A stretch of 64,000 bases of DNA from Chitinophagaceae bacterium (GTDB taxonomy: Bacteria; Bacteroidota; Bacteroidia; Chitinophagales; Chitinophagaceae), in the NCBI GenBank assembly GCA_036520835.1, contig DATDIX010000324.1, positions 17,332 through 81,331 of the forward strand. Direction: 5' to 3'. The translations under genes were made by a program, and so were the position numbers. The notes below the pieces were generated by a model. It ran no database searches. It had not been told where the DNA came from and saw nothing but the letters and a program-made list of their open reading frames with translations. This document shows positions 36,940 to 46,029 of this stretch, in pieces (positions within the stretch are counted from its first letter, which is position 1; the number at the start of each line of letters is the position of its first letter).

Positions 36940-38445
36940 TTAGTTTTTATGGATGGCGCATTTTAATATTTCCGTCTCTGTTGCATTTTCAATAGGTATG
37001 TTTGCGGTTAATTCACCCTCGCACATGACGAGCACACGGTCGGACACTGCCAGTATCTCAGGCAACTCTGATGACACCATCATAATACCCATACCCTCTG
37101 CGGCAAGTGATTTCATCAGTTTGTATATCTCTGCCTTAGCATTTATATCAACACCACGGGTGGGTTCATCCAGCAATAATATTTTTGGATGAGTAGCCAG
37201 CCATTTAGCCAGCACGATCTTTTGCTGGTTGCCACCGCTCAGGTTCTTTGCCGCATTATTACCTGATGAAGTTTTAATAGCGAGACCTGCAATATAATTT
37301 GCGGTTAGCTCCTTCTCTTTTTTTGCATTCAGCATAAAGCCCAAGCGCTGTAGTTTCTGAAGAACAGCGATACTGATATTAGCCCTGACTGTTTGCGACA
37401 GGATAAGTCCCTGTAGTTTCCGGTCTTCAGGTACCAATGCAATTCCGGCTCCAATAGCCTGCGCCGGAGACTTTATTTTCCTGTCCTTCCCGTTCACTGT
37501 AATCTCCCCGGAAGAATTTTTGGGATGCAAGCCAAAAATAGTTTCCATCAGTTCGGTCCGCCCCGCCCCCATTAGTCCATAAAGACCCAGGATCTCTCCT
37601 TTAGATAATGTAAAGGAAATATTATTCAGCAATTTTGTGATCCGCAATAACGGGTGCTTTAAGCTGATGTTCTTAACCGATAATAACTCCTGCTTATCTT
37701 TCAGGGTGCAACCTGTCTTTTCAAAACTTAATTTCCTTCCCGTCATTTTTTGAATAAGCTCATCCGATGTGATGACGTCCAAATTGCCTGAGCTGATCGT
37801 CATCCCGTCTCTCAGCACTACGTAGCGGTCGGCGATAGCAAAAAGCTCTTTCAGTTTATGAGAAATATAAACAACGGTCTTACCCTCTTCCTTTAATTTC
37901 CGGATAATCGAAAACAGGTTCTCCACTTCCTTATCACTGATCGCTGAAGTGGGCTCATCCATGATGATAACGGAAGCATTCGAATACAATGCCCTTGCGA
38001 TCTCCACGAGCTGCTGTTGCCCGACTTTCAGTTCAGCGATCTTTGTACCGGGATCTACTGCAAGATTTAACTGCTTCAGTAATTCTGCTGATCTTTCTTT
38101 CATCATTTTTTTGTCCAATATCCCCAGGCTATTAGTGATTTCTCTCCCCAGGAAAATATTTTCAGCTACAGATAAATAAGGAACAAGATTGAGCTCCTGG
38201 TGAATGATGGCGATGCCGGCTTGTTCAGCGCTTTTTGTACTGGTAAACTTTACCGGCTGCCCGTTGTAAATGATCTCGCCGTCATACTGTGTATGCACAC
38301 CCGAGAAAATCTTCATCAGGGTGGATTTACCGGCTCCATTCTCCCCGATAATGGCGTTGACCTTACCGGGATGCAGCTCCAGGTTAACCCCGTTCAACGC
38401 GGTGACCCCGGAAAATCTTTTCGATATGTTCTTTGCAACCAGCAT
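36940..38445 (-). CDS. Sugar ABC transporter ATP-binding protein with duplicated ABC domains (RbsA-type)
   Basis: The 501-aa product has two Walker A motifs (GENGAGKST and GLMGAGRTE) and two signature motifs (LKVGQQQ and LSGGNQQK). Confidence 0.9.
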   Translation of the reverse strand: MLVAKNISKRFSGVTALNGVNLELHPGKVNAIIGENGAGKSTLMKIFSGVHTQYDGEIIYNGQPVKFTSTKSAEQAGIAIIHQELNLVPYLSVAENIFLGREITNSLGILDKKMMKERSAELLKQLNLAVDPGTKIAELKVGQQQLVEIARALYSNASVIIMDEPTSAISDKEVENLFSIIRKLKEEGKTVVYISHKLKELFAIADRYVVLRDGMTISSGNLDVITSDELIQKMTGRKLSFEKTGCTLKDKQELLSVKNISLKHPLLRITKLLNNISFTLSKGEILGLYGLMGAGRTELMETIFGLHPKNSSGEITVNGKDRKIKSPAQAIGAGIALVPEDRKLQGLILSQTVRANISIAVLQKLQRLGFMLNAKKEKELTANYIAGLAIKTSSGNNAAKNLSGGNQQKIVLAKWLATHPKILLLDEPTRGVDINAKAEIYKLMKSLAAEGMGIMMVSSELPEILAVSDRVLVMCEGELTANIPIENATETEILKCAIHKN

Positions 38446-39074
38446 TAGTGTACGATCTTCAGCCTGACCGGGATCAATTCGATGTTTCTAAAATCAATAT
38501 GCTCTTTATTGAATTCCACCGCAGCTACTACTTCTATTGTATCTCCCTGTTTTACTTCTTTCTTAAATACGGGCAGTATGGAATTCCTCACCGTTTTGTT
38601 CAATTCCTCCGAAATACCATTAAGGTCAGCTGTATTGGTAAAGTCTTTTATATCTACCAGTTTCGATGCGTCGCGTATTGCATTGCCGTAGATGAACTCC
38701 GTAGCAAGCCTTGTGATCAGCAGGGAATCTGCATGGTTTATTTGCAAAACAATTTCGTCTTCATTAATAACAGCAGCGGTGGCCTTTGTTTTAACCAGGC
38801 TATACCGGTAGTTGCCGATGCCAAGAACATTCGAGTGCTTTGCAAATGCATTTTCCGGGTCAGTTTCAATTGAGCGGATCAGGTCTGTCAGTGCAATAGC
38901 GCTATCAAGTTTTGAAGGCAATTGCTCTTCCCATATCTTTTTTGAAAAACTGGCAGCGTCAAATTTTCCGGTGGCTGCAGCTTTTACTTCACCCAGCTTT
39001 TTAAAATAAACTGATTTATACCCAGCCAGTGCAATGACAAGTGCCAGTATGAGATATTTTATCAATTTCTTCAT
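38445..39074 (-). CDS. DUF2291-family periplasmic/membrane-anchored protein associated with sugar ABC transporters
   Basis: The 209-aa product has an N-terminal anchor and the motif IYGNAIRDASKLVDIKDFTNTADLNGISEELN, as I remember it for DUF2291. It is coupled to its neighbours through TAATG overlaps. Confidence 0.6.
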   Translation of the reverse strand: MKKLIKYLILALVIALAGYKSVYFKKLGEVKAAATGKFDAASFSKKIWEEQLPSKLDSAIALTDLIRSIETDPENAFAKHSNVLGIGNYRYSLVKTKATAAVINEDEIVLQINHADSLLITRLATEFIYGNAIRDASKLVDIKDFTNTADLNGISEELNKTVRNSILPVFKKEVKQGDTIEVVAAVEFNKEHIDFRNIELIPVRLKIVH

Positions 39075-39083
39075 TTGCGTGGT

Positions 39084-40022
39084 TTATTTTTTTCCATAAG
39101 CAATATAATCGCTGATATTCCCGGCAGTCACCAACTCCACGGCCACGGGTATCTTTTTCGGAAAATCCCGTTTGCCTTTGATATACTCGTTGGCAAACTG
39201 TGCCGCTGTTTCTGCCATTACTTTGGGAAACTGCATACCGGTAGCGGCCACTTTGTTTTCACTGATCGCCGTGATCACATCCTCGGCGCCGTCAAAGCCA
39301 AACACTTTTACATTACTGGCCTTACCTGCTGATACCAATGCCTGGTATGCACCCATTGCCATGGCATCATTGCCGCAAAAAACACCATCGATATCCGGGT
39401 GTGCCTGCAAAATGGTTTCCATTACTTCCATCGCCTTGTTGCGATCGAAATCTGCACTCTGTTGCGCTACCATTTTCAACCCACTGTAATTGTCCGCAAC
39501 ACTATGAAAGCCTTTTGACCTTGCCCAGGTATTATTATCGCCAACGAGGCCAAGCAATTCAACATAATTTCCTTTTTTATTCAGTTGCCTGACAAAATAC
39601 TTTCCAATAGAAACAGCCCCCGAATAGCTGTCAGATAATATTTGCGAGGTGGCCCCGTCCGCAGAGTTGATCTCCCTGTCCATACAAAAAACAGGTATGC
39701 CCGCAGCTTTGGCTTTTAAAACATTCGCTACTGATCCATTCGCATCAGTGGGGTTAAATAGTATTGCTCCAAAACCCGCCACAATTATATTTTCGAAATG
39801 GTCGCTTTCCAGCGCAGTGTTATTTTGTGAATCGAATATCCTGGCATCGTATCCCAATGCCTTTGCTTTGGCAGCAGCTGTTTCGGCGAGAAAAACAAAC
39901 CAGGGATTATTAAGTGTGGACACAACTACTGCTATTTTGTTTGAGGTTTGCTTGTCCTGGTTTTTACACTGGACAAAAAACAATGCACCAAACAATGGCA
40001 ATAACAACAATTGTTTTATCAT
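39084..40022 (-). CDS. Periplasmic monosaccharide-binding protein (RbsB-type SBP), lipoprotein
   Basis: The 312-aa product has a lipobox-like sequence (ALFFVQC). It shows a type I periplasmic-binding fold pattern ([36 protein letters not shown]). Confidence 0.85.
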   Translation of the reverse strand: MIKQLLLLPLFGALFFVQCKNQDKQTSNKIAVVVSTLNNPWFVFLAETAAAKAKALGYDARIFDSQNNTALESDHFENIIVAGFGAILFNPTDANGSVANVLKAKAAGIPVFCMDREINSADGATSQILSDSYSGAVSIGKYFVRQLNKKGNYVELLGLVGDNNTWARSKGFHSVADNYSGLKMVAQQSADFDRNKAMEVMETILQAHPDIDGVFCGNDAMAMGAYQALVSAGKASNVKVFGFDGAEDVITAISENKVAATGMQFPKVMAETAAQFANEYIKGKRDFPKKIPVAVELVTAGNISDYIAYGKK

Positions 40023-40024
40023 CT

Positions 40025-40987
40025 TTATCGTTTTAACAATGACAAAGCAGTATCGGCGATCCCCTTTTCACTGATACCATAATGGTTAAATATATCCTGT
40101 TGTGAACCCGTTACCGTGTACTCATCCGGAATACCGACGATCTTAAAAGGCTTTACAAGTCCCAGTTGAAGAAGGAACGATGCACAGGCTTCACCTAGTC
40201 CGCCATATACACTGTGCTCTTCCACAGTTATAACAGCTTTGCATTTTTCAGCCAGTCTTTTCACCAGGTCCGTATCCAATGGTTTTATCGTATGCATACT
40301 CACAACAGTAGCTTTGATATTTTGTCCGCTTAATTTTTTTGCAGCCTGCAATGCAGGATATACCGTTTCGCCTGTAGCTATGATGGCAATATCATCACCT
40401 TCCATGATTACTCTCCCTTTGCCAAAAGCAAAGCCGTCATCATTTTTTTCTTTCAACAGCGGCATTGGTTTTTTACCAAAGCGCATATATACCGGGTGAT
40501 CGGTCTCCGACGCCAATTCAACCGCCTTTTCCGTTTCGTAATTATCTGCCGGCGCTACAATAGTGATATTATTAATAGCCCGGAGCACTGCGAAATCATG
40601 AAGGCTGTGATGGGTGGAACCCAATGGACCATAACTAACCCCGGCGCTGATGCCGATCACGTTGACAGGATTATCGCTGTAGGCTACATCATTCTTTATC
40701 TGCTCCAATGCCCTGGCTGTTAAAAAACAGGCAGGCGATACTGCAAACACTTTCTTTCCACAGGATGCAAGTCCCGCTGCCACGCCAACAAGGTTTTGTT
40801 CAGCGATGCCTACCTCGATAATTTGCTTAGGAAATCTTTTCCCAAACGGAACCAATTTACCTGACCCTCTCGAATCGCTGGTTACGGTAATAATGTCTTT
40901 ATCATTCTCCGCCAACCGCTGGACTGTTTCAGAAAAAACATCCTGGTTAGGTTTATAGCCGTTATTGGATACAACTGTTTCCGCCAT
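40025..40987 (-). CDS. Transketolase, C-terminal (pyrimidine-binding) subunit of a split transketolase
   Basis: The 320-aa product contains [16 protein letters not shown] and [14 protein letters not shown]. Its ATG overlaps the stop of the N-terminal subunit gene (TAATG). Confidence 0.88.
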   Translation of the reverse strand: MAETVVSNNGYKPNQDVFSETVQRLAENDKDIITVTSDSRGSGKLVPFGKRFPKQIIEVGIAEQNLVGVAAGLASCGKKVFAVSPACFLTARALEQIKNDVAYSDNPVNVIGISAGVSYGPLGSTHHSLHDFAVLRAINNITIVAPADNYETEKAVELASETDHPVYMRFGKKPMPLLKEKNDDGFAFGKGRVIMEGDDIAIIATGETVYPALQAAKKLSGQNIKATVVSMHTIKPLDTDLVKRLAEKCKAVITVEEHSVYGGLGEACASFLLQLGLVKPFKIVGIPDEYTVTGSQQDIFNHYGISEKGIADTALSLLKR

Positions 40988-41811
40988 TATATTGCCGTTA
41001 AAGCTTGATTTAATTCTTCTACTGCCTGTTCGTATTGCTCTTTACTGGGTACGCCATGATGCCATTTTACTTCGTTCTCCATAAAACTTACTCCTTTCCC
41101 TTTTACTGTATTGGCAATAACAAGAGATGGCTTTCCTTTTTCGAACGGTAAACTGTCAAATACTTTTTTCAATTCGCCGGGATCATTACCATCAATACTT
41201 CTTACAACCCAGCCGAAACTTTCGAATTTTTTATCAAGGGGATCGGTATTGCAAACATCCGCAGTGGATCCCGTTATCTGCAGTGTATTTTTATCCACGA
41301 TAGCGCAGAGATTATCCAGTTTATAATGTGCCGCGGTCAAAGCAGCCTCCCAATTTGAGCCTTCAGGTAATTCCCCATCACCCATTAAAGTAAACACCCT
41401 GAAACTCTTCTCATCCAGTTTTGCAGCCAGCGCTGTTCCGGTTGCAATAGGCAATCCATGACCCAGTGCACCTGTATTCTGTTCGATACCGTTCACCTTC
41501 TTCGTAGGATGGCCGATATAATGTGACCGATATTGGCAAAGAGTGTTCAGGTCTTCCTCAGGAAAAAATCCTTTATCCGCCAATACCACATACAATGCTT
41601 CCACGCTATGTCCTTTACTTTGAATGTAGCGGTCACGATCAGGTGAAGAAAAGTTTTGAGGCGATACATTCATCACCTGGTTATATAAAACATTCAATAT
41701 ATCCACACAGGACAAACTGCCCCCGGTATGTCCGGCCTTTGCCTGCAGGATATATTGCAATATCTTTTTACGGTATTGTATTGATTTCTGTTTAAGTTCC
41801 TTTGTTGTCAT
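40987..41811 (-). CDS. Transketolase, N-terminal (TPP-binding) subunit of a split transketolase
   Basis: It contains AGHTGGSLSCVDIL and GDGELPEGSNWEA. The track start at 41892 is TTG and would overlap the upstream gene, so I prefer the ATG at 41811 (MTTKELKQK...). Confidence 0.85.
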   Translation of the reverse strand: MTTKELKQKSIQYRKKILQYILQAKAGHTGGSLSCVDILNVLYNQVMNVSPQNFSSPDRDRYIQSKGHSVEALYVVLADKGFFPEEDLNTLCQYRSHYIGHPTKKVNGIEQNTGALGHGLPIATGTALAAKLDEKSFRVFTLMGDGELPEGSNWEAALTAAHYKLDNLCAIVDKNTLQITGSTADVCNTDPLDKKFESFGWVVRSIDGNDPGELKKVFDSLPFEKGKPSLVIANTVKGKGVSFMENEVKWHHGVPSKEQYEQAVEELNQALTAI

Positions 41812-41851
41812 TTGCTTTAAACTTCCTGGACCTTTTAAACTTGTTAAATCT

Positions 41852-43267
41852 TTAATTGTGCTGGTAAGTTTCCCAGCCGAGGTAATTATCAAACGCCTCT
41901 TTCAATATCCCTGCTGTTTTACTTGCATTCATCACTACGTGGTGCTCAAAACCACTGCGGCATACATACTGCATCAACCCCTGCAGGTTGTTGATCTGTG
42001 CAACTGCCCGGGTACCAAATGTATTCAATGCATCATTTGTCAACTCACCCTCGCCAACGTAGGCTTTGATAACACCTTTGCAATCATCCGTGCTGATACG
42101 GCCATAAGTCAACGGCATGGCAGGAGTACGCCCATCCAACGCACCATAAGTATTCTCAGTTCCTACACTGGTGCCAAGAATAGGTGCAGTGCTAATAGTT
42201 ATATCGGGCAGAAATGATTTGGCCCAGTTTCCGCAATGAAACAACACGCATTTGGTATCATCATCAGCATAATTATTATTCCAGTCCACCAGTGCAGAAG
42301 GGGAACCGCTTGCCAACTGCATGGCATACATGCTCAGCGTGCCGGTCACATCCACTTCACAGGCAGAAGGCAACATGTTCTCACTCATCATACTCATGCT
42401 GGTACACACATTACAGCCATAATTTTTTTGGATCGATGTCCAGCACTGAATAGCCGTTGCATCCAAAGCATTCTCAGTCATAAAATCAGCCAGCACTACG
42501 TCCAGCTTTGCAATTTGTACTAATCTATCAGGCGGTGTTGATCCTGTATTGGTGTAAGCGTGAATTTTTTCCAGCTTTTCCTTTACTGATTTGTCATCAG
42601 CCGTTAACTTATTGGCATTACCTAATATTTCTGATAAGTCAACTGTCGTTACGGAAATACCATTGCGCTGCAATAATTTTTCGCTGTAACGTACGGTATT
42701 AAAAGCGGTGGGTCTTGCACCAACCGCACCAATGCGAACTTTGCGTAAACCATTAACCACGCGGCAAATGGCAGTAAAATTTTTTAAATCCCTGGTAAAC
42801 GATTCGTCTTTCGGGCTTACCACATGTTTTGTAGTAAGTGAATATTTTATTCCATACTGGTACAAATTGTTGCAAACAGATATCTTACCGCACCAGGCAT
42901 CTCTCCGGTTCACCACATCCATCTTTCCTAAATCATCAGGATAGCCCTGTACCAGTACCGGTACATTTAACCCGGATAACTTGATCGTTTCTGCAACGCC
43001 CTTCTCATCTCCAAAATTGGGCAGCACCACCAGGATACCTTCAATGGCATCAGCATGTTGCTTAAACAATGCTGCACATTTCCGGGCTTCCGCAAAAGTC
43101 TCCACACCTCCAAGTTTGGTATCAGCATCACTAAGTAAGACCGGCGTTATATTGAGTTTTTTGAAAACACTGATCACTTCTGACCTGGCTTCAGCTACCA
43201 GCTTATCGGGAAAAAAATCCCGGTTACCGATAATGACACCCATGGTACTATTTCTTTGAACTGCCAT
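41852..43267 (-). CDS. L-fucose/L-arabinose isomerase superfamily protein (short, 471 aa)
   Basis: The N-terminus reads MGVIIGNRDFFPDKLVAEARSE...VLPNFGDEKG, typical of FucI-like proteins. It is cytoplasmic, with no signal peptide. Confidence 0.7.
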   Translation of the reverse strand: MAVQRNSTMGVIIGNRDFFPDKLVAEARSEVISVFKKLNITPVLLSDADTKLGGVETFAEARKCAALFKQHADAIEGILVVLPNFGDEKGVAETIKLSGLNVPVLVQGYPDDLGKMDVVNRRDAWCGKISVCNNLYQYGIKYSLTTKHVVSPKDESFTRDLKNFTAICRVVNGLRKVRIGAVGARPTAFNTVRYSEKLLQRNGISVTTVDLSEILGNANKLTADDKSVKEKLEKIHAYTNTGSTPPDRLVQIAKLDVVLADFMTENALDATAIQCWTSIQKNYGCNVCTSMSMMSENMLPSACEVDVTGTLSMYAMQLASGSPSALVDWNNNYADDDTKCVLFHCGNWAKSFLPDITISTAPILGTSVGTENTYGALDGRTPAMPLTYGRISTDDCKGVIKAYVGEGELTNDALNTFGTRAVAQINNLQGLMQYVCRSGFEHHVVMNASKTAGILKEAFDNYLGWETYQHN

Positions 43268-43279
43268 AATATATTACAG

Positions 43280-45106
43280 TTATTGGGTTTTTAAATACGA
43301 TATATAGTAAACAGCCTCTTTATCTTTTTTATCTGCTCCCGGCAGATCATAATCCTGGTCGGTCGGTGTATCTGCATCAGGGAAACGGCGCACTGTTCCT
43401 GTCCTGAAGGCGATCCGTTCCACTGATTGCACCGGGGCAAAACATAAGTTGTTATTTGGCCTGCCATCATTGATACTTACCGTATAGAACCTTGTTCCCA
43501 CATTCAGTTCAATTTTTATGGCCAGTGTTTCCCCGGCTTTGTATTTGCCAAGACTTTTATTACGGTATCCCTGTTTTGTCAGCACATTAGCTGCTGAATC
43601 AAGCATTACCCGAAGGCAAGCCGTTCCCTTTGCATCCAGCATTTCAATTTCAAGGTTACCAAATTGATCTTGTACAGGCGTAACAGAAAATTCTATTGTG
43701 ATTTTTTTTGACTCCGGGAATACCCGCTCTGCTTTTGCATAATCAAAAGGATCACTATCATGCAATGCCAGTACTTTTTGCCCTTTAAAATTTTCAATGC
43801 CGGTTCTGCACCAGAGCGGGCTATATAAATTCCATTCGTTCAGTTCGGCTCTATACTGCTTTGAATTGAATACATCATTCACATGAGTTGTTACTTTATC
43901 CCGGACCGGAACAGGTATCCTGCTCACCCACATATCTTCCTTATTCATGCTGTACGTCACCCACATATTACCATCAGCAGGCTTTCCATCCATCTCCTGG
44001 ATACCGCGGACATACTGCGGACCATAACTTTTATAAGCACCGCCATAGCGCATGGAAGTGATCTCCCCGTTCACCAGCAGGAGGTTTTTATATTTCAATC
44101 CGTCATCACTCACACTTACAGCCAGCGGCCAGCGAAATTCAGAAGGATTATATACTGTGGCATATTTCCTGTCATTGGTTCTTTGTCCCCATATTTTTGC
44201 ATTAGCATTCACAAACCCGGGCGCCCTCGTTGGACTATACTGCCATGTTTTTCCTTCATCTTTGCTGATACTGGTCAAAGCGTATTTCCATAGTGCCACT
44301 GCCCGGCCATCCGGTAAATGATAATAATTAAACGCTTTGAAATCTTTTTGTAATGGGATCAGCGGATCATTCCTGTCACCCTCCTCTACGGTTTGCATCA
44401 TTAATAAAGGTGTAGTGAGTATTTCATCACCGGCTGCTACCAGCCCTTTATCATTTGAGGATTTGTAAAACGGGTAAGAAGTGTTCTTTTCATTAAAGGA
44501 ATGATTATACCTCAAAAAGTAAATGGACCCGAAACTTCCGTCCGCTTTTATCTCCCGTATCACACGGCCAATACCATTCCCATCATTAGGATCATCTTTT
44601 TGACCTAATGCAATTCCATAAAAAGCCAGCGCAAATAATCGTTTTGATTTTGAAGTATAAAAACCAAAACGCTGATGCATCACCGCATAGCTGTTCTTTG
44701 CTGTATCGGTCTTTCCTTCTTTTGCAAACCCATCGGGAATTTTATATGGCGGAAAGACCACTACAGGATAAGACCAGTTGTAACCATCTTTCGAGGTCTG
44801 CAACAATGTTTGACCGGGAGGGATATGCTCGCCAACAGGATCACTTAAATACTCAAGATAAAATGTATTGTTCCAGTACGCCAGCATCGGCGCATGGTTG
44901 TAGGTCCATGAAGCAGCGCCTGTGTCAGCCCGGTTGGCCCTCATGGTTTGGATATTATGTACACCAACAGCAGGTGATAACTGCCCGTGATGATAATCAA
45001 CATTGGATAAGGTACTTCCAATATAGCGAACTGTATCCTGTGCATCCGATGCAAGAAATAATAAGTGCAGTGTGACAACACCCATTATATGATAAAGCAG
45101 CTTCAT
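43280..45106 (-). CDS. Secreted sialidase-fold propeller plus C-terminal beta-sandwich; candidate Dha/Kdo hydrolase (GH143/GH33-like)
   Basis: The 608-aa product has a signal peptide and Asp-box-like motifs (TSKDGYNWS, SKDEGKTWQ, VSDDGLKY). A C-terminal module of ~170 aa has a lectin/beta-sandwich-like composition. Confidence 0.55.
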   Translation of the reverse strand: MKLLYHIMGVVTLHLLFLASDAQDTVRYIGSTLSNVDYHHGQLSPAVGVHNIQTMRANRADTGAASWTYNHAPMLAYWNNTFYLEYLSDPVGEHIPPGQTLLQTSKDGYNWSYPVVVFPPYKIPDGFAKEGKTDTAKNSYAVMHQRFGFYTSKSKRLFALAFYGIALGQKDDPNDGNGIGRVIREIKADGSFGSIYFLRYNHSFNEKNTSYPFYKSSNDKGLVAAGDEILTTPLLMMQTVEEGDRNDPLIPLQKDFKAFNYYHLPDGRAVALWKYALTSISKDEGKTWQYSPTRAPGFVNANAKIWGQRTNDRKYATVYNPSEFRWPLAVSVSDDGLKYKNLLLVNGEITSMRYGGAYKSYGPQYVRGIQEMDGKPADGNMWVTYSMNKEDMWVSRIPVPVRDKVTTHVNDVFNSKQYRAELNEWNLYSPLWCRTGIENFKGQKVLALHDSDPFDYAKAERVFPESKKITIEFSVTPVQDQFGNLEIEMLDAKGTACLRVMLDSAANVLTKQGYRNKSLGKYKAGETLAIKIELNVGTRFYTVSINDGRPNNNLCFAPVQSVERIAFRTGTVRRFPDADTPTDQDYDLPGADKKDKEAVYYISYLKTQ

Positions 45107-46029
45107 TGTTTATTAAAATGTGTCAATAGTTTTTTAACCGTTTTTCGCTTCACCAGTACGATCGTTCCGTGTTTATGTCCTTCCGGCAGTTTTACTTTGG
45201 TTGTTATCGTGTCAAAATGAACAAAATCCTTTGTCGCCGAAGCATCATATATCTTTTTCCTGTATGAATCATAATAGATCAGCCATTCATCTTTCACTTT
45301 TACCACGGATGGCCCTTCTGTAAAATTCTCCGTGAAGGCTTTTGAAACATTCTTCCATGGCCCTAACGGGGAATCACTGAATGCAACTTTAATGTCCCTC
45401 TCCGGTCTCGTGTTATCTTTTAATACAAGCACATAATCCTTAGCTGCCTTTTTTACGATTACCGCATCGATCACACTAAAGCCCGGATCAAGAAATAGCT
45501 TTGCCGGGGAAAAGGTTTTAAAATCTCTTGACGTTGTCACATACATCCGGTGGTTATTACTGTCTTCTTCTATGCCCCTTTCAAATCTCCCGGGGATACA
45601 GGAAGCCCAGATAATGATAAATTGTTTTTCATCCTCATCATAAAACAATTCCGGCGCCCATACATTCACCGTCGTTGGCTCATGCGCCATAACCGGTATG
45701 AATTGCTGTTCGCTCCAGTGAACAAGGTCATTTGATGAAGCATAACCAAAACCTTTATCACCTTTCCAGCTGCTCGTCCACACCAAATGAAAAGTGCCAT
45801 CCGGCGCCTGCACCATCGATGGGTCACGCATCACTTTCTGGTTACCCACTTTTGGTTGTAAAAGAACTGTATCAAAATCGCTCCAATTCTTGCCATCGAA
45901 ACTGTACAACATTCGTAAACCTTCATTCGCCGGCTCATGAAATGAAGTGAAGAGATATGCTTTACCCGTACATGCAACAGATCCAATTATCACAAAACAC
46001 AAAATGATATATTGTATGACCCTCCTCAC
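45103..46029 (-). CDS. GH43 five-bladed beta-propeller glycosidase, lipoprotein
   Basis: The 308-aa product carries the GH43 catalytic contexts VMRDPSMVQAPDG, VWAPELFYD and FTEGPSVVK. It uses a GTG start that overlaps the upstream TGA, and has the lipobox IIGSVAC. Confidence 0.85.
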   Translation of the reverse strand: MRRVIQYIILCFVIIGSVACTGKAYLFTSFHEPANEGLRMLYSFDGKNWSDFDTVLLQPKVGNQKVMRDPSMVQAPDGTFHLVWTSSWKGDKGFGYASSNDLVHWSEQQFIPVMAHEPTTVNVWAPELFYDEDEKQFIIIWASCIPGRFERGIEEDSNNHRMYVTTSRDFKTFSPAKLFLDPGFSVIDAVIVKKAAKDYVLVLKDNTRPERDIKVAFSDSPLGPWKNVSKAFTENFTEGPSVVKVKDEWLIYYDSYRKKIYDASATKDFVHFDTITTKVKLPEGHKHGTIVLVKRKTVKKLLTHFNKQ

